NCBI GenBank assembly: GCA_018371855.1
Contig: JAHAKD010000007.1
Span: 27,820-91,819 of the forward strand
From: Clostridium sp.
GTDB taxonomy: Bacteria > Bacillota > Clostridia > TANB77 > CAG-508
Reading direction: 5' to 3'
DNA length: 64,000 nt
The translations under genes and the position numbers were made by a program. The notes beneath the pieces are model-generated. The model saw only the letters and a list, made by a program, of their open reading frames with translations. It searched no databases and was not told the origin of the DNA. Of this stretch, positions 19,429 to 27,394 are shown piece after piece (position 1 is the first letter of the stretch; the number at the start of each line of letters is the position of its first letter).

Positions 19429-20382
19429 ATGTCTAGATCTGGCATAGTAAATGTTAGAATGGTAATAACTGAGGAGAAGATATTATCAAATATAGAAAAA
19501 GTACATAAAATGATTAATCCTAAGAGTAAGAAGCAAATCATCCAATTAGATGATGATACTTATTTTAAGGATTTAGTAGAAGCTATAAAAACATATTTGG
19601 TAGAGTATCCAAAGAAACAAAATTTCCCTGCAAGTGTTTATAATGCTGCTTTTGATTTAGTTGAATTTGCTACAAGCCAATTTGAAGACAACACTAAACA
19701 AATAGAAAATTTAATTAGACAAAGAGAATTAAATATAAGTTTAGGAGGAAAATTAAAAGAACTTCTAAAGAAAGTTGAAACAAAAGAAAAGAATTGGAAA
19801 GAAGCAGTTAAAGAAGCTCAAGATGATTTTGACGATGATATAATAAATACTTTATTAATTATAGGTAGAAGCAGAAGCAAAGAAACAGATCATTATAAAG
19901 ATGCTTTAAAACTTTTAAAAGCAAGAATATCTAATTTGGAATCAAACTTACATATCGAAATAGATATGGAAAGAATAGAAGATAGATCAAAAGCATTAAG
20001 TTATATTGGACTTGAAATAGCAGATGCATTAAAAGAAATACCAGCACCAGTAGAAGATATGGTAGAAGAAGTAGTAGAACCTGTTATGGAACCAGTTCAA
20101 AAAGTTAAAAAGGTAAAAGCTAAGAAAGAAAAGAAAGCTAATGTTGCTGCAATTGCTGAACCTTCAAATGTAGAAAAAGTAAAACAACAACCAAAAGTAG
20201 AAACAATCCAAAAAGTAGAAAAACCACAACAAGAACAATATGTAGCAGAAACATTCGAAGCTAAACCAAGTTTATGGCAAAGATTTAAAAACAGTAAATT
20301 TGTAAGAACAATTAAATATATTATGAGTATAAGAGTAGTTCTTGAAGTTCCAGCACTTCCAGAAGGAAAAACAGAAAATTAA
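19429..20382 (+). CDS. Hypothetical protein with coiled-coil and an E/V/K-rich region
   Basis: The ORF has a GGAGGG RBS before the ATG at 19429 and no recognisable family. The ORF-track start at 19375 is probably too early. Confidence 0.5.
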   Translation: MSRSGIVNVRMVITEEKILSNIEKVHKMINPKSKKQIIQLDDDTYFKDLVEAIKTYLVEYPKKQNFPASVYNAAFDLVEFATSQFEDNTKQIENLIRQRELNISLGGKLKELLKKVETKEKNWKEAVKEAQDDFDDDIINTLLIIGRSRSKETDHYKDALKLLKARISNLESNLHIEIDMERIEDRSKALSYIGLEIADALKEIPAPVEDMVEEVVEPVMEPVQKVKKVKAKKEKKANVAAIAEPSNVEKVKQQPKVETIQKVEKPQQEQYVAETFEAKPSLWQRFKNSKFVRTIKYIMSIRVVLEVPALPEGKTEN

Positions 20383-20417
20383 ATTGTAGTAAAATCTACA
20401 ACAGTATATACCAAGAA

Positions 20418-20457
20418 ATACTATATTACCTAGAAATGGGTAATATAGTATTTTTAA
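20418..20457 (+). terminator. Rho-independent terminator
   Basis: AAATACTATATTACCtagaaatGGGTAATATAGTATTTTT. Confidence 0.7.
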
Positions 20458-20541
20458 ATGAATATAGAAAAATTTCTAAAAAAATAGTAAAAAAGTATTG
20501 ACATATTATATTAAAAATAGTATACTAAATCTCGTCGACAG

Positions 20542-20617
20542 GCTCCCTTAGCTCAGTTGGTCAGAGCAACCGGCTCATAACCGGTGGGTCCAAGGTTCAA
20601 ATCCTTGAGGGAGCACC
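20542..20617 (+). tRNA. tRNA-Met (anticodon CAU; elongator versus Ile2-lysidine type not distinguishable)
   Basis: The cloverleaf folds by hand: acceptor GCTCCCT/AGGGAGC, D-arm GCTCAGTTGGTCAGAGC, anticodon loop CTCATAA, T-arm CAAGGTTCAAATCCTTG, then A-CCA. A TTGACA–N17–TATACT promoter lies at about 20498-20526. Confidence 0.8.
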
Positions 20618-20637
20618 ATTTTTAAATTTAATAATAT

Positions 20638-20946
20638 GGGTAGGTGGCCGAGTGGCTAAAGGCGGCAGACTGTGGTCTTTGGTTTATCAAAAACCTAAAC
20701 TTGCAGCTCATATAAGTGATTATATGATGAACACCGGGCTAATTCGGGGAACTCTTAACAGTAAGGCTGATGACAATCCCGAGCTAGGAAAGAAATTTCC
20801 GAGTGTAGAGACTTTATACCTGGTATCTTAATTTTAAGATAAAGAGAAAGTCCAGACTACAAACATATATATGGTAGTGAAAACTATAGTAGTAAGAAAT
20901 CTGTTCTCATTTGAGTACGATGGTTCGAATCCATCCCTGCCCACCA
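20638..20946 (+). tRNA. tRNA-Tyr (anticodon GUA) gene interrupted in the anticodon loop (between U35 and A36) by a roughly 223-nt group-I-like intron; the spliced tRNA is 86 nt including an encoded CCA
   Basis: 5' exon 20638-20673 (GGGTAGGTGGCCGAGTGGCTAAAGGCGGCAGACTGT) and 3' exon 20897-20946 (AAATCTGTTCTCATTTGAGTACGATGGTTCGAATCCATCCCTGCCCACCA) join into a canonical class-II tRNA-Tyr. The acceptor is GGGTAGG/CCTGCCC, the anticodon stem GCAGA/TCTGT, the loop CU-GUA-AA, with a long variable arm and the T-arm GATGGTTCGAATCCATC. It is nearly collinear with E. coli tRNA-Tyr as recalled from memory. Confidence 0.8.
20674..20896 (+). ncRNA. Putative self-splicing group I intron (small, with no ORF), inserted in the tRNA-Tyr anticodon loop
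   Basis: The insertion follows a U and ends in G (…AGTAAG|), matching the group I 5' splice-site and omega-G rules. It contains R-like (GTGTAGAGACTTTA) and S-like (AAAGAGAAAGTCCAG) core elements, and there is an AGAC/GTCT pairing between the exon end and the intron start. At 223 nt it is comparable to the small tRNA-intron class of about 200 nt, as recalled from the literature. Confidence 0.65.
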
Positions 20947-20949
20947 ATA

Positions 20950-20980
20950 AAGTACAAGCTAAACTTGTATTTTATTTTTA
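20950..20980 (+). terminator. Rho-independent terminator after the tRNA pair
   Basis: AAGTACAAGCtaaaCTTGTATTTTATTTTT. Confidence 0.6.
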
Positions 20981-21295
20981 AAGTTGCAAACAAACAAAAG
21001 TTCGAAGAGCACTATATAATTTTATTCTAATAAGGAAAAGGAAAAAATATAAAACTTTAATAAATACTAATATAGATTATTTATTTATACTAAATGCAGA
21101 TTTAAAAATGTATGTAATTTCAAAAAATGAAATTAAAAATAAAAGTACAATAAATTTAGGGAGAAAGATGAATAAATTTATTGTAGAGTTCTAAAGTATA
21201 AACTGAAGGGGCAAAGATATATTTTATCTAGCCTCTTCATTTCTTCGTTAATTTAAGGTATAATAATTAATAAACTTAAAGAGAAAGGTAGTAAA

Positions 21296-22195
21296 ATGTT
21301 AGAAGAATTAAAAGAATGTAAACTATGTCCACATATGTGCAAAATAAATAGATTAGAAGGAAGAGTTGGAAGATGCAAAGCCACAGATAAATTAAAAATA
21401 TCATTAGTATCATTACATCAGTTTGAAGAACCATGTATAAGTGGTACAAATGGGTCTGCAACAATATTCTTTTCAAACTGTAATTTTAATTGTGCATTTT
21501 GCCAAAACTATAAAATAAGTCAAGAAGGAATGGGACAAGAAGTAGATATAGATTTTTTAGCGAAAAGTATGATAGAGCAACAAGAAAAGGGAGCTCATAA
21601 TATAAATTTAGTAACACCAGTAATGTATGTTTATCATATTATAGAAGCAATTAAAATAGCAAAATCAAATGGGTTAAAAATACCAATAATATATAATTCA
21701 AATGGGTATGAAAACATAGAGACATTGAAATTGCTAGAAGGATATATAGATGTATACTTACCAGATTTTAAATATGCTAATAATGAATTAGGTAGAAAAT
21801 ATTCCAATATAAATAATTATTTTGAAGTAACATCAAAAGCGATAACAGAAATGTATAAGCAAGTTGGACCTCCACAATTAGATGAAAATGGAATAATAAA
21901 AAGAGGTTTAATAATAAGGCATTTAATTCTGCCAAATGAGATAGAAAACAGCAAAAATGTATTAAAATGGATTATAGATAACATAGGAAAAGAAGTTTAT
22001 ATAAGCATTATGGCACAATACTTTCCAACATATAAAGCAAAGCAGATAAAAGAGCTTAATAGAAAAATAAATAATGAAGAATATAAACAAATAGAAGATT
22101 ACATATATGAAATTGGGATCGAGAATGGATATATGCAAGATTTAGGTGAACACGAAGAAGAATATGTGCCAGATTTTAAGAATAGTTTGACTTAA
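21296..22195 (+). CDS. Radical SAM protein, pyruvate-formate-lyase-activating-enzyme-like family
   Basis: N-terminal Cys cluster (CKLCPHMCKI…), CxxxCxxC-like CNFNCAFCQN, 299 aa. Confidence 0.7.
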   Translation: MLEELKECKLCPHMCKINRLEGRVGRCKATDKLKISLVSLHQFEEPCISGTNGSATIFFSNCNFNCAFCQNYKISQEGMGQEVDIDFLAKSMIEQQEKGAHNINLVTPVMYVYHIIEAIKIAKSNGLKIPIIYNSNGYENIETLKLLEGYIDVYLPDFKYANNELGRKYSNINNYFEVTSKAITEMYKQVGPPQLDENGIIKRGLIIRHLILPNEIENSKNVLKWIIDNIGKEVYISIMAQYFPTYKAKQIKELNRKINNEEYKQIEDYIYEIGIENGYMQDLGEHEEEYVPDFKNSLT

Positions 22196-22246
22196 ACAGT
22201 AATATAATATAAAATATTATGCAGAAAAAACGAAAGGAAGAATGCT

Positions 22247-23878
22247 ATGAAAATAACATATAAAGATAAAACTATAGAGATACAAGAGCCACAAAAAGTA
22301 ATTGATGTGTTTAAAGAAGAATGTAATGAGCATGTAATTGCATGTATTTGCAATAATCAAATACAATCATTAAATCATATATTAAAAGAAGATACTAACA
22401 TAAAATTTATTGATATATCAGACAAAGATGGGCTTAGAATTTATATAAGAGGATTAAGTTATATAATGGCAAAAGCATTTTCAGAAGTATATCCAAAAGC
22501 TTTATTAACTGTAGATTATCAATTATCAAATTCTATGTTTTTTGAAATTGATAATATGAAAGTTACAGATGAAATGCTAGAGGCAGTAAGTAACAGAATG
22601 CATCAAATAGTTCAAGATGACTTACCAATTGCAAAAGTTATAATGACTAAAGAAGAAGCAGATGAGTTTTACGAAAAAAATAAGACTTTGAAAGGAATAT
22701 TACAAAAAGATATAAAAGAAAGAGACCATGTTACTTTATATTATTGTGAAGATTATTATAATTATTTTTATGGTGTTATGCCAATATCTACAAAATATAT
22801 GAAAATATTTAAATTAGAAAAATATAAACATGGTTTTATTATTAGATATCCAAATAGAAAGGATATAACAAAATTACAACCATTTGTAGACAATCCTAAA
22901 CTATTATCTGCACTTCAAGATTATGAGAATATACATAGATTATTAGATATAAATACATTATACAAATTAAATACGAAAATTCAAAATGGAGAAGCAAAAC
23001 ATATTGTTTTATTAGATGAAGCATTGCACGAGAAAAAGATTTCACAAATAGCAGATAAGATTGCACAAAACAGAAATGCAAAGGTTATTTTAATTGCAGG
23101 TCCATCATCTTCTGGTAAAACTACTTTTGCACAAAGGCTAGGCCTACAACTAGAATTAAATGGATTAAGACCAGTTACAATATCAGTTGATAACTACTTT
23201 GTAGAAAGAGAAGATACCCCAAAAGATGAAAATGGAAATTATGATTTTGAAGATATAAATGCTATAGATATGAATTTATTTAATAATCAAATTTTAAGTT
23301 TATTAAATGGTGAAGAAGTAGAAACACCATCATTTAATTTCCATACTGGACATAAAGAGTATAGAGGAGATAAATTAAAATTAAACAAAAATGATGTACT
23401 TGTAATAGAGGGTATCCATTGTTTAAATGATAAGTTAACAGAGAGTATTCCAAAAGAAAATAAGTTTAAAATATATATTAGTGCATTAACTGTATTAAAT
23501 ATTGATTATTTCAACAGAATATCAACAACAGATTCAAGATTAATAAGAAGAATAGTAAGAGATTATCAATTCAGAGGATATTCTGCGCTTCATACTTTAA
23601 GAATGTGGCCATCAGTAAATAGAGGAGAACAAAAAAATATATTCCCTTATCAAGAGCAAGCAGATGTTATGTTTAACACTTCTTTAGTATATGAGATGTC
23701 AGTATTAAAAACGATGGCATTACCATTATTAAAGGAAATTGATAGTTCAGAGCCGGAATATTCAGAAGCTAAAAGATTATGCGAGATTTTACAATATTTT
23801 GAGGAAATACCAAAAGATTTAATACCAACAAATTCTTTATTAAGGGAATTTTTAGGAAATGGAGATTTTAAATACTAG
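22247..23878 (+). CDS. Nucleoside (uridine)-kinase-family protein with an N-terminal TGS-like domain
   Basis: P-loop AGPSSSGKTTFAQRLG of the PRK/uridine kinase fold. The N-terminus resembles a ThrRS/TGS domain. Confidence 0.65.
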   Translation: MKITYKDKTIEIQEPQKVIDVFKEECNEHVIACICNNQIQSLNHILKEDTNIKFIDISDKDGLRIYIRGLSYIMAKAFSEVYPKALLTVDYQLSNSMFFEIDNMKVTDEMLEAVSNRMHQIVQDDLPIAKVIMTKEEADEFYEKNKTLKGILQKDIKERDHVTLYYCEDYYNYFYGVMPISTKYMKIFKLEKYKHGFIIRYPNRKDITKLQPFVDNPKLLSALQDYENIHRLLDINTLYKLNTKIQNGEAKHIVLLDEALHEKKISQIADKIAQNRNAKVILIAGPSSSGKTTFAQRLGLQLELNGLRPVTISVDNYFVEREDTPKDENGNYDFEDINAIDMNLFNNQILSLLNGEEVETPSFNFHTGHKEYRGDKLKLNKNDVLVIEGIHCLNDKLTESIPKENKFKIYISALTVLNIDYFNRISTTDSRLIRRIVRDYQFRGYSALHTLRMWPSVNRGEQKNIFPYQEQADVMFNTSLVYEMSVLKTMALPLLKEIDSSEPEYSEAKRLCEILQYFEEIPKDLIPTNSLLREFLGNGDFKY

Positions 23879-23887
23879 GAGTTAATT

Positions 23888-24205
23888 ATGTTAAAAGATA
23901 GCAAATTTACAGAAATAGACGAAGAATTTATTTGTGAACACTGTGGAAAATTAGTGCCTAAATTAGAATATTCTTGCAGAAATCATTGTCCATATTGTTT
24001 GCATTCTAAACATGTAGATATAAATCCAGGAGACAGAGCAGAAACATGTCATGGAATTTTAAAACCAATTGGGATAGAATTAAATTCTAAAAAGGGTTAT
24101 GTAATTGTATTTAAATGTGAAAAATGTGGAGCTATTAGGAAAAATAAAGCTGCAAAAGATGATGATATGGATTTAATTATTAAACTAAGTAGTAATCCAA
24201 TATAA
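23888..24205 (+). CDS. RNHCP-domain protein (zinc-ribbon-like)
   Basis: Contains the literal motif CRNHCPYC plus CEHCGK… and CEKCGA Cys pairs. Confidence 0.7.
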   Translation: MLKDSKFTEIDEEFICEHCGKLVPKLEYSCRNHCPYCLHSKHVDINPGDRAETCHGILKPIGIELNSKKGYVIVFKCEKCGAIRKNKAAKDDDMDLIIKLSSNPI

Positions 24206-24307
24206 ATTTTATTATGCCTATTTATGAAATAAAGTATAATAACAAATGTATAAAAAGTAAATTGCAACAAAGTCCAAATGGCTGTGTATACAACTGAGTG
24301 GTAGAAA

Positions 24308-24349
24308 AAGCAAAAAACAGGCAGACACTGTAAAAAGTGTCTGCCTGTT
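24308..24349 (-). terminator. Rho-independent terminator of the U32 peptidase gene (the minus-strand T-run follows the hairpin)
   Basis: ACAGGCAGACACTGtaaaaaGTGTCTGCCTGT flanked by an A-run on the plus strand (a T-run on the minus strand). Confidence 0.65.
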
Positions 24350-24383
24350 GGCATTCCATTATATGCTGAATATATTTTTAATA

Positions 24384-24431
24384 GGGAAAAAAGGAATGTC
24401 CCCAAATCCTGAGGGAATGTCCAAAAAATCC
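24384..24431 (-). other. 3'UTR hairpin motif, copy 1 (tandem half-copies), directly abutting the U32 stop codon
   Basis: Minus-strand reading: GGGATTTTTTGGACATTCCctcaGGATTTGGGGACATTCCTTTTTTCCC; see the matching copies at 32491 and 60626. Confidence 0.5.
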
Positions 24432-26852
24432 CTATATTTCTCTGTTTAAATTACCATTTGTATACATATTTCCCTCTAATCTATTTCCTTTTGAAACAGT
24501 AGTTATAACTTTATTAATTTCATCAATATTTTCATCTAAAATATTGATTCTGCATGATTTAACATTAAAATCTTTTGTTTCAATCGATGTAATTCTGCTA
24601 TTAAAAACAGTTGTAATAGTTTGAATATTATCAGGAATAAATCTGAATTCAAAACCTAATCTATCAATCAAAGCATATTTTTTAGAAGTATCAAAACATT
24701 TTTTATCACAATTTGGATAGCATTTATTTGATTTGCCTAAAAAACAATAATTTGTGTTCATTACTGGAAGTTTTCCATATGCAAATACTTCTAAATTATT
24801 GCCATAAGAATCACAAAGTGATGAAATATTAGTTTTATTTAATTCTGGTGAAAATTCTATTAAATCAATGTCATAATCAAGTAACTCTTTTATAGTATTA
24901 TCATTAAAAACATTTAAAGTATAATTTGCTATTAATTTTAATTTGTTGTCATATTGCTCTTTAATAAATTTTAGATATTCAACATTTCCTATATTAGAGA
25001 AAACAATGCCTTTAACATTAAAGTTTTCTAAAGTAGATCTTAAATAATTTGCTAATAAATTTTTATAATTACCACGAATAATAATTGGCATATATACATA
25101 GATATCAGCTTTTTTTGCAATTGTATTAATAATATCAAAATATTTATTATTATAAAAATATTTTAAAGGAATATATGCTTTACTAAAATTAGTAAGCTTA
25201 GCATAATCTAATGTTTCATCTAAAATGTTAAAGCAAACAGATATATCTTTTTGTGTAACTTGTGGTGCAATACTGTTAGTTGGAGAATATTTTATATCTA
25301 AATTTCTTTTGAATTTTTGCATAGCACATGTTTCTATATTAGCTAAAGCTTGTCTTCTAAGCTCATTTATAATGCTTATATTAGGTATAAATAAATTCGA
25401 ATCTAACTGAACATTAATATCATTAAATTCAAATTGTGTATTAGAAGTCTTTTTTAATTGAGTAATAATTCTTTCTATATCTAATGGTTTATTAATTGCT
25501 TTGACCGGAGAGTTTTCAGACTTTTCAGTTACTGTAATATTATTATATATACTATCATTATCATTAATAGTAGAAACTTTTAATACAATTGGTTCTCCTT
25601 CTTTTAGTGTAATATTTGCATTTAAATAAGTCTTAATATTTTCGGTATTTGTAAAAGAAGAATTTGCAGTACTAAATAAATTTTTACTTGTTAATTTATA
25701 TATTTTAGCACCAATAGATATTTTACCTTTCATCCTACCAATAGTAACTTTATCACCTTTATTTGCAGAAGATAAATTTAATCCATCTTTCATTAATTCA
25801 GAAACGGTATATTTTTTATGATCATTATCAAATGAAATAATATCTCCAATCGAAAGTTCGTCTTTTAACGTAAAAGAAACATATCCTTTATGTGCAGAAT
25901 AATTAGAAATATTACCTATATATATTCCAGCATTATTAGGTTTTTCTGGATAAACAAAGTCTGTATTTGGAGAATTTTTAAGATGACCAGATGAAAAACC
26001 TCCTCTATTAAAAACTTGAAGTAAATCATCTATATCTTTTTTTTCTATTTCATAATTTTCTTTATTCATGCATTTATCTATATATTTACGATAAATTCTT
26101 GTAACTGTTGCTACATATTCTGGTTTTTTCATTCGACCCTCTATTTTAAAACTAGTAACACCGGCATCAATTAATTTAGGTATAAATTCTAACCCACATA
26201 AATCTTTAGGACTCATTAAATATTTAAAAGAAGAATCTATATCTTTTACTTTATATGGTAACCTACATGGTTGAGCACATTTGCCTCTGTTACCAGAACG
26301 ACCACCTATCATGCTAGACATTAAACATTGACCTGAATAAGATAGGCACAAAGCACCATGAATAAATACTTCTGTTTCTATATTTGTTTTATGGCAAATA
26401 TCATATATTTCAGAAATAGGTAATTCTCTAGAAAGAACAGCTCTTTTAAAGCCAAATTTTTCTAAAGTTTGCACACATTCTAAATTATGAATAGTCATTT
26501 GAGTACTACCATGGACATCAAGACTAGGAAAATTTTTGATTAGATAACGTGCAAGTCCAAAATCTTGTACGATAATTGCATCTATCCCACAATTATAAGC
26601 ATGTTCTGCAAGTTTTATAGCATTTTCAAATTCATTATCTGTAATTAGTGTATTTAATGTTAAATGTGTTTTTACATTTCTTAATTTTGCATAGTTAATT
26701 GCCATTTCTAAAGCTTCATTGTCGAAATTATTAGCAAAAGCACGAGCACTAAAAGAGCTTGCACCAAAATATACGCTGTCTGCACCATTTTGGACAGCAG
26801 CTTTTAGACATTCAAAATCTCCAGCAGGAGCAAGTAGTTCCAAAAAAATCAC
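24432..26852 (-). CDS. U32-family peptidase (collagenase-like PrtC/YegQ family) with a long C-terminal extension
   Basis: MIFLELLAPAGDFECLKAAVQNGADSVYFG… and …GALCLSYSGQCLMSSMIGGRSGNRGKCAQPCR are U32 signatures; 806 aa. Confidence 0.85.
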   Translation of the reverse strand: MIFLELLAPAGDFECLKAAVQNGADSVYFGASSFSARAFANNFDNEALEMAINYAKLRNVKTHLTLNTLITDNEFENAIKLAEHAYNCGIDAIIVQDFGLARYLIKNFPSLDVHGSTQMTIHNLECVQTLEKFGFKRAVLSRELPISEIYDICHKTNIETEVFIHGALCLSYSGQCLMSSMIGGRSGNRGKCAQPCRLPYKVKDIDSSFKYLMSPKDLCGLEFIPKLIDAGVTSFKIEGRMKKPEYVATVTRIYRKYIDKCMNKENYEIEKKDIDDLLQVFNRGGFSSGHLKNSPNTDFVYPEKPNNAGIYIGNISNYSAHKGYVSFTLKDELSIGDIISFDNDHKKYTVSELMKDGLNLSSANKGDKVTIGRMKGKISIGAKIYKLTSKNLFSTANSSFTNTENIKTYLNANITLKEGEPIVLKVSTINDNDSIYNNITVTEKSENSPVKAINKPLDIERIITQLKKTSNTQFEFNDINVQLDSNLFIPNISIINELRRQALANIETCAMQKFKRNLDIKYSPTNSIAPQVTQKDISVCFNILDETLDYAKLTNFSKAYIPLKYFYNNKYFDIINTIAKKADIYVYMPIIIRGNYKNLLANYLRSTLENFNVKGIVFSNIGNVEYLKFIKEQYDNKLKLIANYTLNVFNDNTIKELLDYDIDLIEFSPELNKTNISSLCDSYGNNLEVFAYGKLPVMNTNYCFLGKSNKCYPNCDKKCFDTSKKYALIDRLGFEFRFIPDNIQTITTVFNSRITSIETKDFNVKSCRINILDENIDEINKVITTVSKGNRLEGNMYTNGNLNREI

Positions 26853-27092
26853 CTCTTTATTAGTTTTGTAAAATTATATCATATTTAGTTAAGTTTAAGA
26901 TTGATATTACTTCTATATTGTAACATAAAAAATGAAATTCGCATAATATATTATATAAAAAGTGGTTTAGCCAAATGTGCAGACTGTACTGCAATTGCAC
27001 GGGCTAGGAAACTTAACTTTTTTCTTACACAATAAAAAGCAAGTCTAAGCTTAATTAATGATTTTACTTAAATGAAGATGGGAGGGAAGAGA

Positions 27093-27242
27093 ATGCAAGA
27101 AGATAGAGGATCAAACTGTGGATGTAATAATGGAGGATTATTTGGAAATATGCTTTGCGGATGTGGAGATAGCGAAATATTATTCTTTATTATCATATTC
27201 TTATTGCTATTTACAAGCTTCGGGAATTCAAGATGTTGCTAA
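27093..27242 (+). CDS. Small Cys/Gly-rich membrane peptide, YjcZ-like sporulation protein family (49 aa); absent from the ORF track
   Basis: MQEDRGSNCGCNNGGLFGNMLCGCGDSEILFFIIIFLLLFTSFGNSRCC; a GGAGGG RBS lies 6 nt upstream. Confidence 0.5.
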   Translation: MQEDRGSNCGCNNGGLFGNMLCGCGDSEILFFIIIFLLLFTSFGNSRCC

Positions 27243-27285
27243 ATTTTCAAAATACTTAGCTAAAAAAATTCCAATATAACATATC

Positions 27286-27320
27286 TATATACTTCCCCTA
27301 TTTAAATGTTTAAATAGGGG
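27286..27320. promoter_or_regulatory. Long perfect palindrome CCCCTATTTAAAtgtTTAAATAGGGG downstream of the small peptide gene and upstream of femAB
   Basis: A 12-bp inverted repeat read from the sequence. It is not followed by a T-run on either strand, so it is not a typical terminator. Confidence 0.4.
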
Positions 27321-27394
27321 AAAAATACTTGTAAAAAAAAGATAGTTAGTGTAAAATATGAAAATGAAAATAGATATACATTGGAGGAATTAAA

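Noticed and set aside
20383-21295. Long AT-rich non-coding stretch around the tRNAs, considered for an rRNA operon, prophage att site or riboswitch
   Set aside because: There are no rRNA-like segments, no integrase, and no direct repeats flanking the tRNAs. The upstream leader of the radical SAM gene shows no recognisable riboswitch core. The region reads as promoter/terminator spacer DNA.
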